A stretch of DNA of 64,000 nucleotides from the human T2T-CHM13v2.0 reference genome, Homo sapiens: the NCBI RefSeq assembly GCF_009914755.1, contig NC_060941.1; one strand, given 5' to 3'. Below the pieces are notes generated by a model, which was not told where the DNA came from, did not search any database, and saw nothing but the letters and a program-made list of their open reading frames with translations. The first letter of the stretch is position 1. Each line of letters begins with the position of its first letter. Positions 1 through 15,010 of the stretch are shown piece after piece. The position numbers and the translations under genes are program-made.

Positions 1-809
1 CTACCTAGAACCTATGATGTTCTTGGAAAATGTATTCAAAATGAGTTGCAGTTACAGCTAATATGTATGTCTAACTGAATGGATATATATTCTCTCACAC
101 TCTCTCATTTAGCTCAGCGGTAGCAAAGATCAAAGTCAGGTGGATAATGAAATTTCCATCATTTCATTCTAGGAATAATTTCACTTAATCCTCTGGTACT
201 GCCACCAGTGCACTTTCAATATTAAATTGGAACCTGAATTTCCAACAAAACTTAATGAAGATAGTTCTTATATCCTTGTGGGTGGCTTGCTTATATATAA
301 GAATTAAGAGACCTGGCACCTTCTCTTTGCTTTCAAAGGCAGTAAGAGGAGACTTAAAATAGTATATTTTCAGATAATTAAAAGTTTAATGTGAATCTGA
401 AAAACTTAAAAGAAAAATAGATGTGTCCTTATAATTTTATAATTTACATTCCTTTAACTGAACACAGCTAGTTGTAGGAGATGTGCCTGAATGTCTTAAA
501 GGTCAAAATAATCCAATTAAAGAGACATAGATGGATTTTATGTGAGTTCATTTCACCAGATATGAAATATGCTATCTCTTATGTTGCAGTATGAAAATGT
601 TAAACAGACATTTCTGATGGTGACTTAGGATGGACATGGCAAGGGTGGGTAAGATTAGGCAGTTGTAGTAACTAGCAGGCTGAATGCCTTCCAAAACCTT
701 GCCAGGATTCATGAGGCATATGCAAGTCAGAGGATGAAAAGGAAGTCAAGGAGGCGTGTGATATTTTATTAAGATAACTGCTTAGTAAAAAACATTATTT
801 CACTTCATT

Positions 810-1420
810 TTCACTCACATTTATTTATTCATTTACTCATTCAATTTTCATTGAGTACTTAGGTTTAGGGCACTATGCTAGGTCTTAGAAAAGATATATA
901 GATAATAATATACTATTTCTGTTCTCCAAGTGCTTACAGACTTAGTTTGGATATTAAAAATACATCAAAGAAGAAAAAAGAAAAAGAAAAATGGAATTCA
1001 AAAGGTGGAAATATGTGGTCTTTCTTTTTTTATTTTTATTTTTTATTTTTTATTTTTTAATTTTATTATTATTATACTTTAAGCTTTAGGGTACATGTGC
1101 ACAACGTGCAGGTTTGTTACATATGTATACATGTGCCATGTTAGTGTGCTGCACCCATTAACTCGTCATTTAGCATTAGGTTTCAGTGCAGTCAGAATTG
1201 TTTTGTTTTTGTTGTTTAGTGAGGAAGTTCAGAAGTTTCTTAGTGGAGAAATGAATTTGAGTTGCAAATCTGAATGAACGAAGAAATGAATAAACTATCT
1301 AGAAATGTAGGATAAAGCCCTCTAAGCCATGAGGACAGTATGAAAAAAGTATAGAGGTAAGAGAGCCCAAAGAGTGTATAAAAACACCAAACTGTTCAAA
1401 TTTAGTTGTATTGAATATTA
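810..1420 (-). mobile_element. L2 LINE 3' region, degraded, interrupted by an L1PA fragment
   Basis: Starts with (cattt/attc)n, then attgagtactta..ggcactatgctagg..tgttctccaagtgcttacag, typical of an antisense L2 3' end; L2-like sequence resumes ~1220. Confidence 0.55.
1021..1181 (-). mobile_element. Young L1PA (PA2-PA4-like) 3' terminal fragment with T-rich tail
   Basis: T-rich tail then ttattatactttaag..gggtacatgtgcacaacgtgcaggtttgttacatatgtatacatgtgccatg..cacccattaactcgtcatttagcattaggt. Confidence 0.92.
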
Positions 1421-1655
1421 AGGAGAAAAAAAAGACAAAGATTGAAAAAACTCTGAAAATGTTCTTATGTTCTGTTTATATGTACTGTACCACCTAATGG
1501 AGTGTAAATTGGCTAAATTGTTTTCAAAATATCCATTTTTTTAATGGTTTGGATGTGGGTTACAATGCAAAAATCAAAGTTTCTGCTGAGGTTAAACAAT
1601 TTGCCTCAGCATTGGGCCCAGAATACTTACTTGACCATCCAATTGGCACGAACCC

Positions 1656-2099
1656 TGTAATGGTTAATTTCACACATTAACTTGACTTGACTGGGCCACA
1701 GAGTGCCCAGATATTTTGTCAAACATTATTTTGAGTATTTTGGTGAGGGTGTTTTTGGATGAAATTAACATTTAAATTGGTAGACTGAATAAGGCTGATT
1801 ACCCTCCCTAATGTGAATGGGCCTCATCTAGTCCGTTTAATAAGGCATTAGCCTGATCCTCTTCCAAGTAAGAGAGAATTCTCCTGCCCCATGGCCTTTG
1901 AATTAAAACATCAGCTCTTCCTGTTTCTGCAGCAGAGTCTGGCATTTGTAGCCAAACTGGGACACTGGTCTGCAGATTTTGGACTTGCCAGTCTCCATAA
2001 TCATGTGAATCAAAATTCCTTATAAATGTGTTTACACACACACACACAGACACACACACACACACACATCCTGTCAGTTCCCTGGAGAAGACTAACACA
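1656..2099 (+). mobile_element. MLT2 (ERVL) solo LTR, MLT2C/D-like, with internal (CA)n
   Basis: Begins tgtaatggttaattt, contains tgcccagatattttgtcaaacattatt..gggtgtttttggatgaaattaacatttaaat, ends actaacaca; near-TSD aaccc/aacct. Confidence 0.85.
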
Positions 2100-3594
2100 A
2101 ACCTTGTAGGATTCTGAGTTCTCATATACACAAAAACGGGATCTCTATGAGCCCCTTGGTATGAAAAATAGTGGTTAAAAATCAGTGCCATTTCTTCCAG
2201 GTAAGAGCCCCACTTCTGCCAGCCAATGACCATTTCTCAGTCTCTGACACTCCAGCCTGGCAAAAGGAAACGATGGCTTTTGCAGTGCTAAGGAAAGAGC
2301 CTTGTTCCAATTGTTCACCCTGACCATTTCCATCTCAAGGCCATATGGTTGGCTGTTAAAAATATTCGTTGCACTCACATTGGCAAATATTTTGTTTCTC
2401 CAAATCAGATCTAGAGTCATAAATACCTGTATGTAGCTTAGCTGTTAAAAATAGCTCAATAGCATCCTGCAAACAGTACATACTTCCTGTTGAACCAGAT
2501 GGAGAAATCCGCACACACCAAGCCAATGTGGAGAGAGCAACAGCAGTCACTGGAACCCAGCCACTTATGCCAGAGGAGCTGGCAAAGGTCTGCATATAAA
2601 ATGTAGTCTAGACCTGGTCAAGCCTTTAGCTCTTCCAGGAACCCGAGCTCGAAGTGAGGAATTTGGGCTTTTATTTTCCCTAGTGGGAAAACACTTAGAG
2701 ATCATTCATATGATACTAGATGATTATGTGTAAAAATAATGTTTTTATTTTCCTTCTTTAAACTCCTTGCATTACTTTTCTCTTTGGAACCCTCAGTTCA
2801 ACTTTATTTTTCTAAGTGCATTCATTCAACAAACATTGAGCATCCTTTGCATGCCTATACCATGTAAGGTCCTCATTTACAGTCTCTGAATGCAAATTGA
2901 TCTATTTCTTCTTGGTCATTGTCTTTCTCTGATACTTCAAACTACAACCTTCTGGTCACTTGACTGCTTCTTACTCATCTTCTTTTCTTTTCTCTGGCTT
3001 GATGATTTGTCCCTTTCTCCCTCTCTGGTCCAAAGGAACTTGACATAATGTGGCAACTATTTCCTTTACATAATGATGGGTTGGGAAGGAAGAGGTGGGT
3101 TAACTTTCCTAATAGTCAGCAACTGGAAGGAGTCACCTCTACCAATGTCAATTGGCTCTTCTCCTTAGTCTTGATTTTTTTTTTTTAAGTGTATGGCAAC
3201 AGGGAAAGGTCTGTGCCTTTACTAACTTTTTTTTCAAGTAAATAAATTAAGAGGAATTATAATGGATTCTTCAGATTTTTCTCCATTTGTCTTGCAGAGA
3301 ACACCTGCTTTTCTTGGTCTGAGGGTTAGGGAAAATTCTGTGTCCCTTGCCTTTGAATTTGCAGCTAACCAAAAAGTAGGAAAAGGAGATAATATAATTC
3401 ATCTAGGTACTTGTTTGACAAGCATGTTCCAAGTCATAATGAATGACAAGTTTTTCATGAATAAAATATTTTTTTATATACTCATTGAATCCCAGAAGCT
3501 GAACAACTCAGATGATGTTAGATATAGAAAATATTTCCAAATTAATCAGTGGCCCACACTTTTGCCAAAATTTAGCAGTAGAGTCATTTTAGGA

Positions 3595-3795
3595 CAGGGT
3601 CTGGCAAATTTTCCCTTTAAGTGTTCAGATAGAAAATATTTTCTGCTTGTGTTGGCTATGCAGTCTTTATTGCAAATATTCAACTGTGCAGTCATAAAAC
3701 CAGGCATAGATGATGCAGAAATAGGAGGGATTGTGTTCTAATTAAACTTTATTTATAAAAGCAGACAGCAGGACCACTTTGGCCTGAGGCTTTTG
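3595..3795 (-). mobile_element. MER58A (hAT-Charlie)
   Basis: cagggtctggcaaattttcc..aaatatttt..aaactttatttataaaagcag..tttggcc. Confidence 0.7.
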
Positions 3796-3919
3796 TTTTA
3801 TGACAGTAAGTTTCGACCAATAAAATAAAATCCATAGAATATCATTTAGAAAGGTATTTCTTAAAGGAAATATGATAAAAAAAAAAACATGTCTTAGAGA
3901 TACCTAGAATGAATGCTGT

Positions 3920-4045
3920 AAATGCAGGTTCAGAGCTCCTGTCTCAGACTTCAAGTTTGTGGATGTCTAACAGAGAAAACCTGGAAATCTGCATATTAAT
4001 AATCATCCCTGGAGACCATTTTGTACAAACTTGAGAACTCCTACC
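3920..4045. mobile_element. MER5-like fragment
   Basis: aaatgcaggtt..ctggaaatctgcatattaataa..ccctgg..ttgagaactcct. Confidence 0.4.
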
Positions 4046-4192
4046 ACTACAGAGCCATAAATGCATAGGTTAGCTTACCCACAAAGCAGAAAACCTAGGA
4101 GGCAAGATGTTGACTGGGTAGGCACTTTCATTCTTGCTGTGTTGTGTTTCTTTTAATTCAAGGTGTGATTGATTGGTTAAGAGAATGGGTTT

Positions 4193-4525
<333 letters not shown>

Positions 4526-5044
4526 TCAGATGCAGAATATGTCACTTTCTAATTGGGAGAAGTTTGTTGGTGAAATTGAGCTCATACCTATGATATATCT
4601 AGGATAATGTGAGGAATTAATGAATGAAAGAGTGAAAAGTGTTTAGCATTCTTCCAGTTTCATCGTCAGCAGTCACTTTGTAGGAGATATTTTGATGCGG
4701 TCATTATCCACTTCTGTGGTTAATAGGAGCTTATTCTGTTCAGGATTGTGAAAAGAGCATATATGATGGTAAGGGAATGTTCAAACTGTTCCGCCTCTGG
4801 CCTAGAAATCACATAAACACAGAGTGAGCACCTTTCTCTTTTGTCCTTCAATGCGAAGTGACTTGATTTCAGATTAAATGAAAGCAGAGTAGATTTCCTG
4901 ATCGCTCACCCAGTTAGACAAAGAAAGCAGAAACAGATGAGCGGTTCATGAGTTAGGCCTCTTAAGAATGCTCTCTTCACTTATTTCAGAAATAAAGTTC
5001 TTTAATTTTAAGAGAATATGTGTAGAATGTTTGAATCTTAGAAT

Positions 5045-5250
5045 CATAATACTATTGACCCCTTATTATGTGGCAGGTGCATTTCATATCTCGCCTTAAT
5101 CCTTATAACACCAATACGTGGTATGTGCCATTTATGCCGCATCATTGGTAAGGAAAATAAAGGTGGAGAATTTGTGGGTTTCATCAAAGTCTATGCAGTT
5201 GGTAATATCAGAACTGATATATGCACACAAACTGCCAGTCCCAAACCTTC
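5045..5250 (-). mobile_element. MIR
   Basis: cttattatgtggcagg..ttaatccttataacacc..gtaaggaaaataaagg..aaagtctatgcagttggtaa. Confidence 0.55.
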
Positions 5251-5257
5251 TCTGATA

Positions 5258-5450
5258 TCATCATTTTCAACACTCGCTGTCCATTATAATCAATCCCAGA
5301 AGTTTAAAAACAGTAACACTGCTTCCCGAATTTGATTCATTCCCAGGGATTCTGATTTAATTGGTCTTGGGTGGGAATCAGGCATTTGCATTTTTAAAGA
5401 ATAGTCTCCCCTGTTACTGCCTATTGTGTGTCACGGTTGAAAAGTACTGC
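5258..5450. mobile_element. MER5A/B
   Basis: gattctgatttaattggtcttgggtggg..ggcatttgcatttttaaa..ggttgaaaagtactg. Confidence 0.65.
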
Positions 5451-6162
5451 ATTTCATACTTGTGTGTTATTTAAAACTGCATGTTTTCTTCATATAAGTG
5501 ATCCTCTCTCCTTGTATGTGTCAACGTTATTAACTACAATATCTATAAACATCTCAAATGTTAAATTGAGAGCAAGCCAAATACTAGGATATTTAAAAAC
5601 CTTGTCTTGACGTCAAGCATGGAAGATCAAATACACTAACTTTGTGGTTGCTAGTAAGCGTTCCCAGTGTTTGTCTAGCTCCAGAAAAATCATCGTATTT
5701 GTTTTTTGGCATCTAAAAACAGTCAGTTCCACAAACCACGTTTGCTTTTGATCAAAGGCAATTCTAGGTCACTGACTGAATGGGATGGGTACAGCTAGTA
5801 TTCCCAATAAGATGGTATCATCCACTCTGAAGAAGGTAGACACAAAATTAAGCAGTGTTTGGTGAGTTAATATGACTGAACTCAATTAGATACCTGGCCC
5901 TGTTAGACTTTTGTTTTTCTAGTCTACTTTAGCCTGAAGACTCTTAAGAAAGAGCATGGGATATGTAACAGCAACCTAAGAATTGAGGAAGGGTGAACAG
6001 ATGAGGTCATTTTTGGCTTCTGTAAAATGCTAATGGCAAGAGATGAGACTTTATCTGAAAGTGAAGTTCTGGGAACACTGGGATGTAGAGAAAGTGGTGT
6101 GAAACTTTGAGCTATATTTAGCTGCATTTGGTTTTCCTTCGTTATGACGTGGGTATGTTAAC

Positions 6163-6522
6163 TGATATAGTTTGGCTCTGTGTCCCCACCCAAATCTCAT
6201 CAAGATGGTAATCCATATGTACTGAGAGAGGGACCTGGTAGATGGAGATTGGATCATGGTGGCCATTTCCCCTATGCTGTTCTCCTGATAGTGAATGAGT
6301 TCTCACAAGAGCTGATGGTTTTAAAAGTGTGGCACTTACTCACTCTTGCTGTCTTCTACCACCTTGTGAAGAAGGTGCCTGCTTCTCCTTTGCCTTCCAC
6401 TATGATTGTAAGTTTCCTGAGGCCTCCCCAGTCATGTGGAACTATGAGTCAACGAAACCTCTTTTGTTTATAAATTACCCAGTCTCAGCATCTTTGTAGC
6501 AGTGTGAAAATGAACGAATACA
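6163..6522 (+). mobile_element. MaLR solo LTR (THE1D/MSTA-like) within MIR-like sequence
   Basis: tgatatagtttggctctgtgtccccacccaaatctcatc..gattgtaagtttcctgaggcctccccag..ataaattacccagtctcag..gaataca. Confidence 0.9.
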
Positions 6523-7320
6523 TTAGTCAATCTGTTTAACAAACCTATATTGTTATAATTCAACTGGAGAAAATAATAACCTACTTCTCAAAGTTATGAG
6601 CCTTAGTTTTGGAGACCATGAAGGAGACAGGATTGGACTTCAATAAGGGATGGTTGTTATGATTATGCATATCATACTTTTTACTGGGTGAGATGTTTAT
6701 ATGACAATTATTTGCTGCCTTAGCTATTGGTTTAAAATAACTAATTTTTGTTAATTATATTGCCATGACACTACGATTTTGTTAATATTTTTGTTAAATA
6801 GAGCATAAAGGTTTTGAGTAGTAAAAAAGCTGAACTGATAATATTTAGAGCATATACCTTAGTCTTTCATATCTTGGATTGATTTAAAATATTTTAAAAT
6901 GAGATTATCTTTTTTCTTCAGGGATAATTTATACTTTATTTTTGGTTTCCTATGAAATTCTTTTCCAGATTTGCGGGGAAAGTATCTTTGTTATACGTGG
7001 TAGTCATTGAACCTGTAATTTATTTATTCACACTGAAAACAGAAAATGTAGCTAATATTGATAATACTTTCATAAGTTATTGAAGACTACCAAGAAATTT
7101 AATGATGGCACATAAACTGCATGTTAATGGTTAGAGTTTTTTATTTTGTATGAGTATATATTTGAGTGAAATAACATTCCAGTTCCTTGTTAGGGAAGAA
7201 ACTAGAACAATCAAGGTGATTGAAGATTCTCTAAAGGCTTTGCATTTGATTCTATTGAAATCAATTATCCTGAGTGGGTCTGAAGGGACAATTGTGCTTC
7301 CTGGGTTGTAGGTTACTTGG

Positions 7321-7818
7321 TTTTAACAGCTTTATTGAGGTATAATTGATATCCCCCCAAAATTACATGTTTAGTGTATAAATTTGGTGAGTTTGAACAT
7401 ATACACATTCCCATGATATCATCAAAATATTAAACGTATCTATCACCTCCAAACGTTTTATTGTTCCCCTTTGTGTTTTTGCATGTGTATGTGGGAACAC
7501 TTAATATGAGATCTAACCTCTTAACAAATTTTTGACTACACAATGCCATATTGGTGAAATAGAGGGCACTATGTTGTACATCAGATCTCTAGAATTTATT
7601 CATTGTGCATAAATAAAACTTTACACCCATTAAACTACTTTCCACTTCCCCCTCCCTTCCAGATCCTGGCAACCACCATCCTGTCCTCTGTTTCTATAAG
7701 TTTGACTATTTCAGATAAAAAAAATTCTACTGTTTGTAACAACATGGATGAACCCAGAGGACACTGTGCTAAGTGAAATAGGCAACCCAAAATGACAAAT
7801 ACTGCATGATTCCACTTC
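7321..7818 (-). mobile_element. L1MA9/L1MB-type 3' end with inverted 5' portion (7716-7818 on +)
   Basis: ttttaacagctttattgaggtataattg..ggcaaccaccat..gtttgactattt, then the expected continuation in reverse complement (acaacatggatgaacc..gctaagtgaaatagg..aaatactgcatgattccactt). Confidence 0.8.
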
Positions 7819-7841
7819 CGGTTTCCTTTTGTAGGTGGCTC

Positions 7842-8064
7842 CTAGGGTTTCTTGACCTGGACATAACTGACATTTGTGGTTGCATGATGCTTTATTGCAG
7901 GGAGGAAGGCTGTCCTGTGCATTGTAGGATGTTCAGCAGCATCCCTGGTCTCCCCTCTCTAGATGCCAGTAGCACCCTTCCCCAGTTGTAACAACCCAAA
8001 ATGTTTCCAGACATTGCTAAATGTCTCTTGCAGGGCAGAACTGCCCACCCACTGAGAACCACTG
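7842..8064 (-). mobile_element. MER20 (hAT-Charlie)
   Basis: ctgtcctgtgcattgtaggatgttcagcagcatccctgg..ctagatgccagtagcac..ccagacattgc..gagaaccactg. Confidence 0.9.
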
Positions 8065-8564
8065 TATAAAGGGAGGTGAACTTTCATCCCCAGAGAAAAT
8101 GTTCTTCTTTACTGGTTATGACTGTTTGGACCAGGAGTATGGAAGTCCTTGTCCCGAATAGTTCTTAATTAGATAAGAGGGTTACATGCTAGTTGGAAGC
8201 TATAGTATAATGGGGATTTAATTCAAGGTTAGAATTGGAAGATGGAGAGAGAGTGTTATGCTTTAGAAGGAGTGAGGGCAATGTATCCACAAAAGGCAAT
8301 AGTTCTGAGTGGATCCTTATCTGTGCTATAAGATGTCTTAAGAGTTCATTGACCTCATCATGTATTATACACCTACATTTCTATTGTGATTGATGGAGAA
8401 ACCAACGTTGTGTGTTTAGCCGAATTACCTAGAATGCACAGGTAATGAAGGCAGGAGTCACATCTCTCTTCCTCGTCTTTTCAAAGCTCTGGAAGGGTCC
8501 ACTTCATAAAGTAGTACTTAGTAAGTATTTGTATAGAAAAGTGAATGGATTAAAAAATAAATGA

Positions 8565-8894
<330 letters not shown>

Positions 8895-10062
8895 TGAGAA
8901 GACTTCTTATTCTACCGCCAGCTTATTGTGCAAGTCACTTCACCTTCCTGAATATCTTGATCTAAGAAATGGATAGTGTGTTAGGTGATCTTGAGAGTTT
9001 CTTCAGGCTGTGAAATATCATGGCTCTGACAAGATTACAGAATGTGTTGCATAATTGTGATATTAAAATTATTTGGTAACTTGAGCTATGAAAACTTGTG
9101 TGTGGAGCAAGTTGGTCTCCCTAGTGAGAGTCTGTTTCACCAAAAGCGATCAGAGAATGTTGATCATAGTTACCCAAAAGAACACATGCTACAGGTGGAT
9201 ATGAAATGAGGAATGGACAAAAACAAGCTGCTAGAGCACATAACTTTTCATTATGTATGTTAGGTATTTCTTTCTTTAATAAGGGTGAAATACTGAAGAT
9301 CTAGTAAAAAGAGACTATTAACCAACAACTAAATTGTCTGGAATCAGGAGGGAGTAATCTCATACTAAGAAATAGTCCTATTCACATGTGAATTAAACAT
9401 TAAGTTATTTCTTTGCAGGTATTTTGGAAATAAGTAATACATTTTCAATACACCTTTTAAGATATATCTTGTGGTAGAAATAGATTAGTCCTAAAAGGTG
9501 TTATTTTTTCCTACCATAGGGGCTGGTTGTTAACAATGCTCATAATATTATAACAAGCATGTTCAGATGATTAATTAATGTTGGAAATTCATCTTTCACC
9601 CAGACTCTAAACCAGAGAAACTACTTCCACAGGAAGCCTAATTACCACTCAGATAAACTAGTCAGTAAAAGTGACAGAAGTTTTACACCCCTGCAACTTG
9701 GTAAGGTAGAATACAAGCAGATTGCAAAAAAAAAAAAAAAAAAAGCTGCCCATACTCTCAGAGCAAATCCAGGTGTAAAACCAATTTATGTTTCAAGTGC
9801 CTACCCATGCTGATCTAGCCAGGGTTATATAGATAATGTTAAGTGTAATTTATGGTTGAGGCAGATTTGTTTGGCAATACTGAAGGTTTTCTGTGGGAAG
9901 TTAGAAAAGATAGAGGCCTCCAAAAGCTATCACGACTTTAGGAAAAGTTTGGTTGATGACAGGTACAGAAGATGTGGTTTTTCACTCTTAGCTAAGAGTG
10001 CCTAAGTAGGCATGGCATCCAGGATTAGCTCTATGTGTGGCAGTGTGGTGACAGTCACGTGG

Positions 10063-10399
10063 TGATATGGTTTGGTTTTGTCCCACCCAAATCTCATCTT
10101 GAATTGTAACTCCCACAATTTCCATGTGTTGTGAGAGGAACCTGGTGGGAGGTAAATGAATCGTGGTGGGGGGCGGGGGGGGTCTTTCCCATGCCATTCC
10201 CATGATAGTGAATAAGTCTCGCAAGATCTGATGGTTTTATAAAGGGGAGTTTCCCTGCACAAGCTCTCTCCTCTCATCTGCCACCATGTGAGACGTGACT
10301 TTCATCTTCTGCCATGATTGTGAGGCCTCCCCAGCCATGTGGAAGGCATACCAAGTCTCGGGGATGTCTTTATCGGCAGTGTGAAAATGGACTAATACA
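10063..10399 (+). mobile_element. THE1B-like solo LTR with perfect 5-bp TSD (CGTGG) and internal deletion
   Basis: tgatatggtttgg..cccaaatctcatcttgaattgtaactcccacaatt..gtgaaaatggactaataca; CGTGG at 10058-10062 and 10400-10404. Confidence 0.93.
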
Positions 10400-10957
10400 C
10401 GTGGCAATTCTAGAGGAGCAGAGAATCAAGCTATAGACTTTAGCAGGAAACTACTGGGATGGCAGGAAAATGACTGCAGTTCTGATGGCATTGGGAAGAG
10501 AGGGCAAGGAACAAAAGAAGACAAAACTCAGCAAGGCTCAGAAGCTCTAGTACTGGGGCAGCTGTTGAAAACAAAGAGCATCTAACCATGGTGTATGGCA
10601 CTGGAGGGACAGTTATGAACTGAGATCATGAGGGAAATTCTGTCAAAAACAAAGCACAGATCTTCAGAAATTTCCAGACTCTAGAGATATGGAAAAGAGA
10701 GAAGATCATAAGCTGGAATACAGAAAAGGACCCCTCCAGTATCCAGCACTCTGGGGCTGGCAGGCCAGGTAAATCCTGGGAATATAAGAGACCAGGTTGG
10801 TTAGAATCTGGTTGGGCAAGAAGGATGACTACCCCAGAAATAATCAAGAGTTGCAGAACTTGTTTCACTCAATAACAAAAATCTGCTGAGTCTTTACTCT
10901 AAGCACCATGGTAGGCTCAGAGACGATAAAGATTAAATCAGAAATAATCTCATTCTT

Positions 10958-11190
10958 CCAGCATGGGCTACATAGTGAGATCCCATCTCTACAAAAATAT
11001 TTTTAAAAAATGAGTCTAGTAGGCATGGTGGCTTATACCTAGAGTACCAGCTATTCAGAAAACTGAGGCAGGATGATCGCTTGATCCCAGGAGTTTGAGG
11101 TTGCAGTGAGCCATGATTGCACCATTGCACTGTAGCCTGGCTGACAGAGCAAGACTGTGTCTCAAGGAAAAAAAAAAAAAAAAAAAAAAA
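10958..11190 (+). mobile_element. 5'-truncated AluJ
   Basis: ccagcatgggctacatagtgagatcccatctctacaaaa..ggatgatcgcttgatcccaggagtttgagg..poly(A). Confidence 0.88.
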
Positions 11191-11372
11191 AGAAACATCC
11201 TTATTCTTGAGAAGTACATTTAATCTAAAAAGGGAGGTGGCAGAGGCATAAATGTCAAATATCAAAATGCTACAGAGGGGCTACCTAACTTAACTTAGAA
11301 CAATCAAGGAAGGCTTCCTAGAGGAAATGGCACTTGAATTAAAACTGGAAAGAGGATTAATAAGAGTAAAGT

Positions 11373-11691
<319 letters not shown>

Positions 11692-13112
11692 GAGAGAAAG
11701 AGTAAAGAAGTGAGAAAGTACTGTAGTTAAAAGTGACATAAGCAAAGGAAAAAATATTGCAAATAAATATGTGAGATGTATATGTGTGCTTGTGTCAAGG
11801 AATGGGAAAGACTGAAATTTGTTGGGTATTTGGATATAAATTCAAGGCAGGAAGTAGCACACGAAGTGGCATAAACATGAATGGAATATACATAGGGGGA
11901 ATACCTGAAAGCAATTATTATGTCATGCTAAGGAGCTTGGTTTTATCCTATAGTAGGTGATAGGGAAAGGTTATGATCAAGGTCATTCCTTAGATGTGGC
12001 TATTGAAGAGTGTGGAAGACAATTTGAGGTCAACAAGGCCAGAGGCAAAGAGATCAGTTGGGTGGTAGTCCTCGAACTCAAGCTTGGAGCAAAAGAATGA
12101 AGATGAAGTTGAAAAATAGTTAAGCAGTTAGGAGGTAGCATAACCAGGACTATGATTCAATGTTCCCTTGAGGGACAAGGCTGCCTTACAATGGGTATCT
12201 GGTTTCCAGCTCAGGGAACATTAGTTCCATTGATTGAAATAAAAATGAATGAGGAAGAATGGGTTATAGGGTAGGAAAGATAATGCTGAGATTCTCATAA
12301 AAATCACAAAATTGTGCATTGAACAGTTGAATACAAGAGTATAAAACTCAATAAAAAGCTCAACTACGGAAAGCAGATGTGAGTCAATGAGAAATGAATA
12401 ATTATTTGGGCATAAAGTATTTGTGATGGTTTTTTCAAACTGAAGGTTTTTTGGGGAAGAGGGTAAAACCTCTAGCAGTCCTACCCATATTGAACTTTGC
12501 TAGCTACAGTGGAGAGATGAGTAGTTGGATGCTTATTCTACTTGGCAGAGGCGAGGACTGGTGCAAGAGATGAACATCGCAATCATTTAACAATTATAGG
12601 TAAACAAATATCGATCAGCAATTATAATTTAACAATTATAGATTGCCCTGGAATATGGATTGATAAAGGAATGTAAATATTATTCTAATTAGAATCCTAA
12701 ATGATTCCATGCCCCATTGAGTCCTGCAAAAATTGCATGATGATGATTTGGAAGCAAATGTACTTTTCAACATTGGGAGTGTTTAAGAATAAGCTATATA
12801 ATTGCTGAGCAGGGTTGTTACCATAGAAATCTCTGCTAGAGAACAGAGTAGGTAATTATTTAATGGACCATTAAGTAAGAGCATCATAAATTCCGGACAA
12901 ATTTTAGGAACTATTATTTTCTGATTCATTGACTTTATATAAAATATCAAAGGTGTAGAGTTAAGTCACATATTTTAAAAATCTAATAAGTCAAATTTAA
13001 ACAATTGAATAAATCACTATGTGCATTAAAGCAGGCTTGTCTTAGTAAGTAATTACAATAACTTTCAAGATTGTTTTCCGCTATAAGATTTGCTGTTGAA
13101 TCCCCTGATTAG

Positions 13113-13406
<294 letters not shown>

Positions 13407-13521
13407 ACTATATATCCAAGTACTTGGTTACATGGGACAGATAGAGCAAGAAACAGCTAAGAAGTCAGCTAGAATTGTTCATGCATTAGGGGAGGCCAGG
13501 TATAATATAAGCTGGAGAGAG

Positions 13522-13893
13522 TACAGTGTTGGTGGAGGGGCCTGGTGGGAGATGATTGGATCATGGGGATGGAGTTCTCCTGAATGATTTAGAACCATCC
13601 CTTTTGTGGTGTTCTTTTGATAGAGTTCTCATGAGATCTGGTTGTTTAATGGTATGTGTCACCTCTCCCCTCTCTCTCTTTCTCCTGCTCTGACCATGTG
13701 AATTACTGGCCTCCCCTTTGCCTTCTGCCATGATTGTAAGTTTCCTGAGCCTCCTGCCCCCAGAAGCTGAGTAGATGCCAGTATCGTGCTTCCTGTACAG
13801 CCTGCAGAACCATGGGTCGATTAAATGTCTTTTCTTTATAAATTACCTGGTCTCAGGTATTTCTTTATAGTAAGATGAGAATGGACTAATATA
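13522..13893 (+). mobile_element. MSTA-like LTR (5' truncated)
   Basis: gtgttggtggaggggcctggtgggagatgattggatcatgggg..cttcctgtacagcctgcagaacc..ataaattacc..gaatggactaatata. Confidence 0.88.

Positions 13894-15010
<1,117 letters not shown>

Noticed and set aside
3262-3741. 159-aa ORF
   Set aside because: Runs into MER58A; no domain similarity I can recognise
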